From positions 392,547 to 456,546 of the forward strand of contig JBBDPM010000006.1 in assembly GCA_040876345.1 (NCBI GenBank): 64,000 nucleotides of DNA, read 5' to 3'. This DNA comes from Candidatus Woykebacteria bacterium. GTDB taxonomy: Bacteria > Patescibacteriota > Microgenomatia > Woykebacterales > RBG-16-39-9b. The notes under the pieces are model-generated. The model did not search any database and was not told the DNA's origin. It saw only the letters and a program-made list of their open reading frames with translations. The position numbers and the translations under genes are program-made. This document shows positions 9,682-18,264 of this stretch, one piece after another. Numbering within the stretch: the first letter of the stretch is position 1; each line of letters starts with the position of its first letter.

Positions 9682-10440
9682 TTATAGTTCGTAGGAACGC
9701 AGGGCGCGAAGCGATCTATTCTCAATTCTAGCGTAGCCTTTATCTTCAATCTCTTCGGCCAATTTATGATCTCCGCTTTTCACCACCTTACCATCTACCA
9801 AAATGTGCACAAAATCAGGCTGAATATATTTCAAAATTCTTTGGTAATGAGTGATCAGTAAAATTCCAATTTTTGGCCCCGAGGTCTTTTTTATTCCTTG
9901 AGCAACCAGTTTAAGTGCGTCAACGTCGAGTCCAGAGTCCGTCTCGTCAAGCACAGCATATCTAGGCTCCAAAACGGATAGCTGAAGCACTTCCATTTTC
10001 TTTTTCTCGCCTCCGGAAAAGCCGTCATTAATTCCCCGAGAAGCAAAAGATTCGTCAATCTTGAGCTCGCTCATTTTACCTTTCAAGCTTTTTATATATT
10101 CGGCGGTATTAACGTTGCCCTTTAGATTTTTCAGGGAAGTTCGCAAAAGATTGGCTGCTGATACACCGGGAACGGCCACTGGGTATTGCATGGCGAGAAA
10201 CAAACCGGCCTTCGCTCTTTTGTCTGGAGTGAGGCTGGTTATATCTTTCCCATCGAGTTTAATGGATCCCGCTGTAATTTGGTAACGTGGGTGACCCATA
10301 AGAGCAAGCGATAGAGAACTTTTACCCGAGCCATTGGGACCCATAAGAGCGTGAATTTCCCCAGGCTTAATTTTCAAAGAAACACCTTTGAGAATTTTTT
10401 TACGGTCTGTAGAAACATGAAGGTTTTTAATCTCTAACAT
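9682..10440 (-). CDS. sufC: Fe-S cluster assembly ATPase SufC
   Basis: GPNGSGKSSL Walker A, ABC signature, 252 aa, heads suf operon. Confidence 0.9.
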   Translation of the reverse strand: MLEIKNLHVSTDRKKILKGVSLKIKPGEIHALMGPNGSGKSSLSLALMGHPRYQITAGSIKLDGKDITSLTPDKRAKAGLFLAMQYPVAVPGVSAANLLRTSLKNLKGNVNTAEYIKSLKGKMSELKIDESFASRGINDGFSGGEKKKMEVLQLSVLEPRYAVLDETDSGLDVDALKLVAQGIKKTSGPKIGILLITHYQRILKYIQPDFVHILVDGKVVKSGDHKLAEEIEDKGYARIENRSLRALRSYEL

Positions 10441-10556
10441 TTGGGCCCAAGTTTAGCACATGATTATGGAAGAATCTAGATGAGTAGCGAAATAAGTGTG
10501 GCGGAGAGACAGCTCGAAAGAGATGTCCCTCCACAGATGGTTGTTGTAAGTGTTGG

Positions 10557-11273
10557 TCAGATGATCCCGCGCTGCCACCCCAAAACCGCCGAATGGACTC
10601 GGTTCTTCGCACCTAACTTCCGGTTTATCACCCTAAAGTGTGTTCGAACCGTGTGTTCGGAGATGCATAATGTATCAGCGATCATTCTGTTGGTCTTGCC
10701 TTCTCTCAGTTGTTGAAGTACCTCGATCTCACGAGGCGTCAACTCCTCTTCAACACCGCCGGCGCCGTTGCTGGCAGACTCTAGCGCGAGACGAACGGCA
10801 AGAGGTTTGGACAATACTGTCCTACCTGCCAATGCATCACTGAATGCGGCGATGAAACCCTGAGTATCGAATGACTCATCGATCACTCCAGCAACACCCG
10901 CTTGAAGCGCTTTGCGTGCCATGGAATCTTCCACGGACGTGATCGGGAGGTAGAGTAGTTTCGCCTCAGGATAGAACCCCTGAAGTTCATCGACTCTACC
11001 TTGAACGTCATTCCCCTTAACTGAGAAGAGAACAAGGTCGAACTTATACCTCTTCTCCTTTTCAGGAAGTGATTCCAGGCGCACCTCGATCGATTGCTTC
11101 TGCGATATGATGAGAGCCACGATTGCCTCTTCCAGGAGCTCGCTTCCCAACGATACTAGCATTCGGACTGTCATTCTTCGAACCTCCTTGTTCCTCTGAA
11201 CACTGAATCGGCTTCCGTCGATCTTCCTTGACCTTAAGCTTACAACCAGGCTGGATACTAATATTAAATTCAC
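10557..11273 (-). CDS. LuxR/FixJ-family transcriptional regulator (C-terminal HTH; N-terminal receiver-like domain)
   Basis: LTPREIEVLQQLREGKTNRMIADTLCISEHTVRTHFRVINRKLG = LuxR HTH; GC-rich; real start may be the internal Met near 11174. Confidence 0.7.
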   Translation of the reverse strand: MNLILVSSLVVSLRSRKIDGSRFSVQRNKEVRRMTVRMLVSLGSELLEEAIVALIISQKQSIEVRLESLPEKEKRYKFDLVLFSVKGNDVQGRVDELQGFYPEAKLLYLPITSVEDSMARKALQAGVAGVIDESFDTQGFIAAFSDALAGRTVLSKPLAVRLALESASNGAGGVEEELTPREIEVLQQLREGKTNRMIADTLCISEHTVRTHFRVINRKLGAKNRVHSAVLGWQRGII

Positions 11274-11382
11274 AAATTGTCAACAAAATCTAAGAAAATT
11301 ATGATGGGTAGGAAAATAGTTTAGTGCGGGCGGAGGCTGAATGAGCAAGCTCACTAGCCTCTCCCCCGCACACTGTCGCGCC

Positions 11383-12045
11383 TCAGATGGCAGGCGGTCG
11401 GCAGAGGGGCGGGATCTCGAAGCCCTTATCGATCCGGTCCACGATTGTGTACGTGACCGTGAATTCCGAGAGTTCTCCGTACCCGATCATCCCCACGCCA
11501 TTGAACGTCCCAGCTGCCGATGCGAAAGCAAGGTGCTTACGCATCAAGTTATGGTAGCCGAAGTCGCCGTCTTCGTAGCAGTCCTTCGTGTCGAAAGCGA
11601 CTGGGTTGCCATCGGCCGTTAGCTCGACCCTGAGGTCGTAGCTGAAGTTGCCGACATAGACAGCGTCCTGGCCTCGCGGCAGGTACACCTCGGCTGTCAC
11701 CAACGAGCTGAGGTTGTATGTCGCCAACCCAGCTCCTGCCTTCACGTCCACGAAGGCGTAGCCAGTGGTGTACCAGAAGTCACGGCACCGCCAGAACTTG
11801 CACCGGTACGTCCGGGTTTCCACCTTCACGTTCGGGTAGAACTCGCCGGTGTCCGGGTCTTGGTACGACGGTTCGTAGACGCTCACGTTCACGTCTGTGT
11901 GAAAGTTGCGCCCGTGGTCGATGGTCATAGCCGCAAACACGGAGGACCCTTCGACCGTCTCCTGCGTGACGTTGGCCGACACGAGAGTCGGAACCAGCGC
12001 CAGCAGAGCTACCATGGCGATCACGATTCCTAGTAACCGTTTCAC
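11383..12045 (-). CDS. secreted hypothetical protein (signal peptide)
   Basis: N-terminal MKRLLGIVIAMVALLALVPTLVSA signal; GC-rich (~60%) coding-like composition. Confidence 0.5.
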   Translation of the reverse strand: MKRLLGIVIAMVALLALVPTLVSANVTQETVEGSSVFAAMTIDHGRNFHTDVNVSVYEPSYQDPDTGEFYPNVKVETRTYRCKFWRCRDFWYTTGYAFVDVKAGAGLATYNLSSLVTAEVYLPRGQDAVYVGNFSYDLRVELTADGNPVAFDTKDCYEDGDFGYHNLMRKHLAFASAAGTFNGVGMIGYGELSEFTVTYTIVDRIDKGFEIPPLCRPPAI

Positions 12046-12246
12046 TATGCACCTCCAATGTGCTTTTCCGCTAAACGTTTGTTAGCGCGAATTAGCTATA
12101 AATATAGCATATAATAGCCTAAAAGTCAACACTATAAGACGTTATGTATCTTCAAACCTTCCGCAGCAGCTCGGTTTTCAGGTACTATCACGTCTTGCGT
12201 TAGCCATCTTAATGGCTAACTAAGATCTTTAATTTGTAATTTTTAT

Positions 12247-12486
12247 TTAGGGGTAGATTTGTTTACCTTCTTTATCTTCAAGGAAAATGGCTAGTACGGG
12301 GCAGCTGCGGGCGGCGGCTATTATATCTGCACCCGAATCTTTACCTTTAAACCCAGGCTTTCCTTCGACAAGCTCAGGACTCCGTATCACTGCTTTCAAC
12401 TCATCATCAAGATCAAAAGTGTCTGGTGCGAGCACCACACAAGTTCCCGCCCCGATACATAAATCTCTGTCAATACGTATTTTCAT
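12247..12486 (-). CDS. small single-cluster ferredoxin
   Basis: 79 aa, DRDLCIGAGTC ... CPVLAI; paralog of 2561..2776; downstream of ispH. Confidence 0.65.
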   Translation of the reverse strand: MKIRIDRDLCIGAGTCVVLAPDTFDLDDELKAVIRSPELVEGKPGFKGKDSGADIIAAARSCPVLAIFLEDKEGKQIYP

Positions 12487-13430
12487 ATACTAATTCTACC
12501 CCTCACCTCTGCGGGTAATGGAAAATACACATTTTCCTCAACTGCTTCTACTTCTTGTATCTTCTCAACTCCAAGTTTCTTAAAATAACTAATCGCTTCA
12601 TCTATTAGATATTCTGGGACTGAGGCGCCAGAAGTTAGACCAACCACTTTTGCGCCCTCTAACCACTTATCGTTTATATAAGTAACATCATCAATAAGGT
12701 AAGCACGGGAACCGTAAGATTCTGCTACCTCCCGAAGCCTATTAGAATTTGAAGAGGTTTCTGAGCCAATTACCAAGACAAGTTCTGCTTTTTTAGCCAA
12801 CAGCTTCACCGCTGCTTGTCTATTTTCGGTTGCGTAACAGATGTCTTTTGATGGAGGAAATAAAGCCCGAGGAAATTTCTTTCTTAAAATATCAATAATT
12901 TCACTAGTATCGTCCAAGGATAACGTAGTCTGGGTTAGGATAGCAATTTCGTCCCTTTTTACATCAATTTTTTCTGCATCAATTTTATTATCAACTAAAT
13001 AATACTCTCCATTAACGCCTCTTACCTCTCCCTCGACCCCGATAGGTTCTAGATGCCCCCGATGCCCTACTTGAATAATCGTGTAACCTTTTTGGGCATA
13101 AGTTTTAGCTTCAACATGCACCTTAGTAACTAATGGGCAAACTGCATCTATCAACTTTAAATTTCTATTTTTTGCTTCTTCGTATTGGTGAGGCGGGGAT
13201 CCATGAGCACTAAAAACAACAACAGAATTCTTCGGTATTTCTTTAACTTCTTCTACGAATATTGCGCCTTTTCTCTCAAGATCTTTTACAACATTAACGT
13301 TGTGAACAATAGCATGCTTAACATAAACTGGGGGGCTATAAATTTCCAGTACCTTTTCTACCGCCTCAACAGCCCGGGCCACTCCCGCACAATAGCCGCG
13401 TGGTTTAGCAAGGATGAGAGTATTAACCAT
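12483..13430 (-). CDS. ispH: 4-hydroxy-3-methylbut-2-enyl diphosphate reductase IspH (LytB)
   Basis: 315 aa; RGYCAGVARAV N-terminus, conserved Cys (C13, C98 region, C196 region) and HG..P.. motifs. Confidence 0.9.
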   Translation of the reverse strand: MVNTLILAKPRGYCAGVARAVEAVEKVLEIYSPPVYVKHAIVHNVNVVKDLERKGAIFVEEVKEIPKNSVVVFSAHGSPPHQYEEAKNRNLKLIDAVCPLVTKVHVEAKTYAQKGYTIIQVGHRGHLEPIGVEGEVRGVNGEYYLVDNKIDAEKIDVKRDEIAILTQTTLSLDDTSEIIDILRKKFPRALFPPSKDICYATENRQAAVKLLAKKAELVLVIGSETSSNSNRLREVAESYGSRAYLIDDVTYINDKWLEGAKVVGLTSGASVPEYLIDEAISYFKKLGVEKIQEVEAVEENVYFPLPAEVRGRISI

Positions 13431-13492
13431 AAATTAGTACTAATAAGTTACTATTAATTCTACGCGTCAGGTTACAATCTATTTCAAGATCC

Positions 13493-14392
13493 CTATGAGC
13501 TTAATCTTTTTCCAATAATATTCTGATAACAATTTTTAACCTTGTGTTTTACCTCCGAATAATTATATACCACATAGTAGGCTGCCAGCGCGTAAACTAT
13601 TCCCCCAATCACGTCGATAACATAATGTTCCCCAAGATACACAATCGAAAACCACACTAATATCGGGTACGGCAGAAAAAACCAGAAAAGTTTTTTGGAA
13701 TAAGCTCTCAAAGCAAGCAGAGCAAGTAGTGGGTAGGCTGAGTGAAGTGAGGGCATGGCGGCTACTGGGTTGGGATTTAAGCGTGAATAATAATACGATA
13801 GGTTCCAAGTCCAGCCTAGATGATCTACTGCCAAATTAGTTATTTTTGTCACGTGGATTAAGCCTTCATTGGCTGCGTACCAAGGAGGGGCGGCCGGGAA
13901 AAACAAAAAGGTAATAAATCCTGAAAAGGACAGCACGATAAGCGCAATTATATAGCGATAATAATGTGATTTATCTCGGAGCCACAAAAAGAAAGCAACC
14001 CCCAAAGGCAGTGGAAAATGTAGAAAGTACACAATCATGGCCCCAATATCCACAAAACCAATCTGCCCGCTCGTGTAAAAAAGGCTCTGAAGAACCTCGG
14101 TTGGAATGTGACCAGCAAACAAAAACTTCTCTGCATCCACCAAAAGCTTTACGTGAGGCGCAAAGAAGTTATCCGCAAAACCACGCAGCATTTCATAGGC
14201 TAAAACTAAAGCAAAAAACGGTGTCCAATCCTTTAGAAAAGTGATCCCACGCCCAGCAATCACTGCCCCAAAAAGTAGAAAGATAAACAAACGGTCCGGA
14301 GTGATGGAAATGTTACGAGCGATCATCAAAATAACGACAGTTGCAAGATAAGCAATCAAAAGAGCCGTAATTACATTTTGTCTTTTTGTCAT
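13493..14392 (-). CDS. PAP2-superfamily integral membrane protein
   Basis: multi-TM; PSLHSAYP (PSGH-like) and GEHYVIDVIGG (SRx5Hx3D-like) phosphatase motifs. Confidence 0.6.
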   Translation of the reverse strand: MTKRQNVITALLIAYLATVVILMIARNISITPDRLFIFLLFGAVIAGRGITFLKDWTPFFALVLAYEMLRGFADNFFAPHVKLLVDAEKFLFAGHIPTEVLQSLFYTSGQIGFVDIGAMIVYFLHFPLPLGVAFFLWLRDKSHYYRYIIALIVLSFSGFITFLFFPAAPPWYAANEGLIHVTKITNLAVDHLGWTWNLSYYYSRLNPNPVAAMPSLHSAYPLLALLALRAYSKKLFWFFLPYPILVWFSIVYLGEHYVIDVIGGIVYALAAYYVVYNYSEVKHKVKNCYQNIIGKRLSS

Positions 14393-14467
14393 GATTAATA
14401 TATCTTACCTTTTAAGAACTAGATACACCAATTTGCTTATACGAAGCTCATATTTTACACTATAGTT

Positions 14468-15424
14468 ATGCAAGATGTTCCCGAAGATCCAGGAAGCCTG
14501 GGAATTCCCCCTGAGGAAATGATGACGGAAAGGGGAAAGGAAGAAATAGGCGAAAAATTCAAAGCCCAATTACCTAAATTTAAAGAGCGCCGTTATAATC
14601 TCGATTGGGATCTATTTAAATCGGAGACATACAAGGAAGTTGACCTTGACGAAAAGCGTCTTTTTGTCAACTATCGTCATGATACACCGCATTCAACGAG
14701 TTACGAACGAATTTATTTCGCTTATGATTTCCAGGCAGATTCATTCGAGCCCACTTCTGAAGCAGATGTCGCTATGGGTGGTGTACGTTTTTATAAAGCC
14801 AGGCGAATTGCCGGCCAATATTCAAGAGAACATGAGAGCCTTTATGTAGACCATTCTGATTCTGATTATTCTATTGTGGATCCCAACACTACTGTTCCTC
14901 ACATCCTTTATGAGCTAAATATTTTTTCTGGGGAAAAGAGGAGGGATGCGCTCGGTGAAGATAACACAAATCAGGAAACTGAGCCAGAATTATCTAATAG
15001 TACTTATATTTGTCCGATGTACGATAATAACGAGCTGACTGGTATAGACTTTAAGGGTCCATTAACTGAGATGGGTGGCCGTTCTAGACCAAATTTCGAA
15101 ACGACTCAAGAAATTGAGGGATTAGCTCAAAGAGCATCTGTAAAGGAAGGAGTCGAGTTTAAAGACCACAAAGGTCAAATTTGGGCTCGCGTATCTTATA
15201 ATTCGACTGACCGAAACTTTGAATTTGAATTTCGTGACTCGCAACAACAGCCGGCATATTTGATACATGTTCCACGACGTATTGGCGCTAAATTTGTATC
15301 CGATGAGACAAGGGCGAAAGTTTTACTTGACCATCCTGAACTACCACCAGAAGTGGATGAGTATTGGAAAAGAGCGGATTTTAGCGCTTTACTCGGAATC
15401 AAGATCGAACCGGTTGTCGGTTAA
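14468..15424 (+). CDS. hypothetical acidic cytoplasmic protein (orphan)
   Basis: 318-aa ORF, no signal peptide, no recognisable motif. Confidence 0.4.
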   Translation: MQDVPEDPGSLGIPPEEMMTERGKEEIGEKFKAQLPKFKERRYNLDWDLFKSETYKEVDLDEKRLFVNYRHDTPHSTSYERIYFAYDFQADSFEPTSEADVAMGGVRFYKARRIAGQYSREHESLYVDHSDSDYSIVDPNTTVPHILYELNIFSGEKRRDALGEDNTNQETEPELSNSTYICPMYDNNELTGIDFKGPLTEMGGRSRPNFETTQEIEGLAQRASVKEGVEFKDHKGQIWARVSYNSTDRNFEFEFRDSQQQPAYLIHVPRRIGAKFVSDETRAKVLLDHPELPPEVDEYWKRADFSALLGIKIEPVVG

Positions 15425-16282
15425 CTACCAAACCCCATATTTTTGCAGAAACTTTTCGAGAATTAGACCAGAATCTTTCATCTTTTTGGCATTTCCGACT
15501 CCGATATAACGAAAATGCCAAGGTTCGTAGGTATAACCAGTAATATTTTCATAGCCGGCTGGGTATGAGAGAACGAACCCGTATTTATAGGCGTTTTGGG
15601 CAAGCCATTTCCCTTCAGCAGTGTTACCGTACGCAGCCATCAATTTGTAATTAACCGAGGATGAAGTTATGTCGAGTGCCGTCCCAAGTTGATGTTGAGA
15701 AAATCCGGGCCGAGCACTAAACCTATCAGCCTCGGCTACTCCCACCTGAGAAACCCAGTAATTATAGGTAGTGACTTGAGTTTGATAGGATCGATAGGCT
15801 GAATTAACCATGTAGTCATACCCTTTTTTATTTCCGTCTTTAATCATTTTTAGTAATGCATCTGCTGCTTCTTTCCGAAGCTGCATCCCCGGGTATCCAA
15901 GCTTAATACTATTATCTAAAACCACAAGACCGACTGGTACATAGGTTGAAGGCAAACGGATAGTTTTGTTTATTAAAACCAAAAGATTATCACCCTTATT
16001 TGTAGTTTTAATCGCAGGCTTTGGTGGTGTATAAACAGATTGACCGGCTACTGATACTTTTTCTTTTAGGACAAGGGGTTTTGAGGCCTTTGTTTCTTTT
16101 GGCGGGCTTGAGTCTTCCGCTGTCAACACACTAGAATCGACTGGCAAATCCTGGCTTGCTAAAACAACACTTTGCTCAATCTTTGGATCAGGTGGTGCTA
16201 AATAGTAAAGATTAACAAAGGCGAAAATGGCCCCGATAGCAACAAAAAGGAAAAGCGAGAAAAGAGCAAGTTTAAGCTTCAT
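15425..16282 (-). CDS. VanY-like D-Ala-D-Ala carboxypeptidase (peptidase M15B)
   Basis: N-terminal TM anchor; SAYRSYQTQ, SQHQLGTALDI and EPWHFRY zinc-site motifs. Confidence 0.75.
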   Translation of the reverse strand: MKLKLALFSLFLFVAIGAIFAFVNLYYLAPPDPKIEQSVVLASQDLPVDSSVLTAEDSSPPKETKASKPLVLKEKVSVAGQSVYTPPKPAIKTTNKGDNLLVLINKTIRLPSTYVPVGLVVLDNSIKLGYPGMQLRKEAADALLKMIKDGNKKGYDYMVNSAYRSYQTQVTTYNYWVSQVGVAEADRFSARPGFSQHQLGTALDITSSSVNYKLMAAYGNTAEGKWLAQNAYKYGFVLSYPAGYENITGYTYEPWHFRYIGVGNAKKMKDSGLILEKFLQKYGVW

Positions 16283-16283
16283 G

Positions 16284-17645
16284 TTAAAATTCAGCTGCAG
16301 CAGACCCTACTCCTTCAGACCAAGTAGGGTAGGCAAATATAGCTTTTCCAATTGTGCTGATAGGAACTTTCCCAGCCATAGCGACAACAATCTGGTGGAT
16401 TAACTCGCCAGCCTGAGGACCAACAATGAAGGATCCGAGAACCTGGCCGGTTTCATCGTCCAGGATTTTTACAAAACCGTCATATTCTGCCTGAGTAGTC
16501 GCCTTGCCAAGATTTTTAAATTCAAAAATATTTTTGGTGTATTTAACTCCCTCTTCTTTTAGCTTTTCTTCCGTCTTGCCTACCCCGGCAATCTCTGGGT
16601 CGGAAAAGGCTACCCAAGGCACAACGCGATAGTCGGTTTTGACAGGTTCTTTATCTGTCAAGGCGTTGTAGGCTGCGTGAATCGCCTGATAGGTGGCCAT
16701 GTGGGTAAACTGCATAATTCCGGTGATGTCGCCGGCTGCGTAAATATTCTCAACTTTAGTCTTAAGATATTCGTCCACCACAATTCCTTTTTTGGTAGTT
16801 TCCACTCCAGTTACTTCGATATTTAGCCCGTCAAAATCTGGCCTTCGCCCAGTTGCCATAAGCACTTCTTCGGCTTCAAACATCTGCGTCTGCCCACCAC
16901 CAATATCAACTGTCGCCCTTTTCAAAGCGCCATTTTTCTCAAATTTCAACACTTTTGAATTCAAGTGAATTTTTATTCCTTGTCTTTTTAACACTTCGGC
17001 TAAAGCATTGGCAGCTTCAGCGTCCGATGCTGGAATTATGTGAGGGGCGGCCTCAAAAATAGTGACGTCCACTCCAAAACGGGAGAAAATCTCGGAAAAT
17101 TCTATTCCGACTGCTCCGGCACCAACAATTAATACAGATTTCGGCAAGGCCTTGAGGTCGACTGCTTCATTTGAGGTAATGAACCCAACTTGATCCAAAC
17201 CTTCGATTGGGAAAACAGCTGGCTGTGAACCTCCAGTAATGATAATTTTTCTGGCTTTGATAATTTCTTCGCCCACCTTTACTTCAGTGGGAGACTGGAA
17301 ACTTGCTTGTCCCCAGTAAAGATCTACCCCCTGAGATTTTAAGGACTCTTCAGATTCATGACTTACTCGCTCGGCCACCACTTTGTCTTTCCACTCCTGC
17401 ACCTTTGCCCAATCGAAACGGACATTGTCGGCAAATAAACCGTATTTTTCGGCTTGTTTAAATTCAGAAAAAAGATCGGCGGAATGGAGTAGTGCTTTTG
17501 TAGGAATACAAGCCCGGTTTGGACAGTCGCCCCCAAGCTTCCATTTTTCGGCAATTGCGGTTTTAGCACCCATACCGGAAGCCTGACCAGCAGCCACCAT
17601 CCCCGCACTCCCGGCACCAATTACAAAAGCGTCATATTCTTTCAT
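16284..17645 (-). CDS. class I pyridine nucleotide-disulfide oxidoreductase (dihydrolipoyl dehydrogenase/mercuric reductase family)
   Basis: GAGSAG FAD motif, redox-active GGDCPNRACIPTK disulfide, 453 aa. Confidence 0.8.
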   Translation of the reverse strand: MKEYDAFVIGAGSAGMVAAGQASGMGAKTAIAEKWKLGGDCPNRACIPTKALLHSADLFSEFKQAEKYGLFADNVRFDWAKVQEWKDKVVAERVSHESEESLKSQGVDLYWGQASFQSPTEVKVGEEIIKARKIIITGGSQPAVFPIEGLDQVGFITSNEAVDLKALPKSVLIVGAGAVGIEFSEIFSRFGVDVTIFEAAPHIIPASDAEAANALAEVLKRQGIKIHLNSKVLKFEKNGALKRATVDIGGGQTQMFEAEEVLMATGRRPDFDGLNIEVTGVETTKKGIVVDEYLKTKVENIYAAGDITGIMQFTHMATYQAIHAAYNALTDKEPVKTDYRVVPWVAFSDPEIAGVGKTEEKLKEEGVKYTKNIFEFKNLGKATTQAEYDGFVKILDDETGQVLGSFIVGPQAGELIHQIVVAMAGKVPISTIGKAIFAYPTWSEGVGSAAAEF

Positions 17646-17685
17646 CTTATTTTAAGAATAAAGGAACCACTATGGTCTTTCAAGG

Positions 17686-17723
17686 GTTAAAAATGGAAGA
17701 GGCCTCGATGGCTTCGAGGTCTC
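17686..17723 (-). terminator. Rho-independent terminator after the Zn-ribbon/sigma-r4 gene
   Basis: 10-bp stem GAGGCCUCGA/UCGAGGUCUC (one G-U) with UGGC loop, followed on minus strand by TTCCATTTTT. Confidence 0.6.
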
Positions 17724-17744
17724 TTGGTTTGATGATCTACCTTC

Positions 17745-18179
17745 CTATTCTTTTGGAATTGGATGGTAGCCGAGCAGGACTTTGGCAATAACAGGATGGC
17801 GCAGGTCCCTCAGCCCGAAACTTCGGTACTGATGGATTGTAGCCCTGGTAACCTTTACTTCTTCCGCCACCTGCTTATCAATTCTACTACCACCGTTATC
17901 GAGGCCGTAGAGCCGGATGAGTACCTGCTGTGTCTTTGGAGTAAGGCGAGACAAAGCCCACCTTACGGCGTCGGCGTTCGGTAGCTTTCGATACTCCCCA
18001 CTGAAGATGTCATTCATGAACGGCCCGAAATCGGCATCATCTGCCACTCTCAACCGCTTTTTGGGCCAGTTCCTGTACGAACGAGGCTTGAGCACTCGGG
18101 CGCAGTTCATGCAGAACTTCCCCGACTTCGGTGTTTCCTCCTTACACCGACGACACTTGGTCATCTCAAGTTCCATTTG
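17745..18179 (-). CDS. zinc-ribbon + sigma-70 region-4-like HTH small protein
   Basis: CRRC...CMNC ribbon then LTPKTQQVLIRLYGL...VAEEVKVTRATIHQYRSFGLRDLR (sigma r4 pattern); GC-rich cassette with own terminator; start taken at MELEMT. Confidence 0.5.
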   Translation of the reverse strand, partial: QMELEMTKCRRCKEETPKSGKFCMNCARVLKPRSYRNWPKKRLRVADDADFGPFMNDIFSGEYRKLPNADAVRWALSRLTPKTQQVLIRLYGLDNGGSRIDKQVAEEVKVTRATIHQYRSFGLRDLRHPVIAKVLLGYHPIPKE

Positions 18180-18264
18180 ATCTATCCTCCTGCAACTAGT
18201 GAATGGGCTGCGTCTCCCGGATTTTGGGCCTGACCATAGCACAACTGGATCTAAATATCAACTC

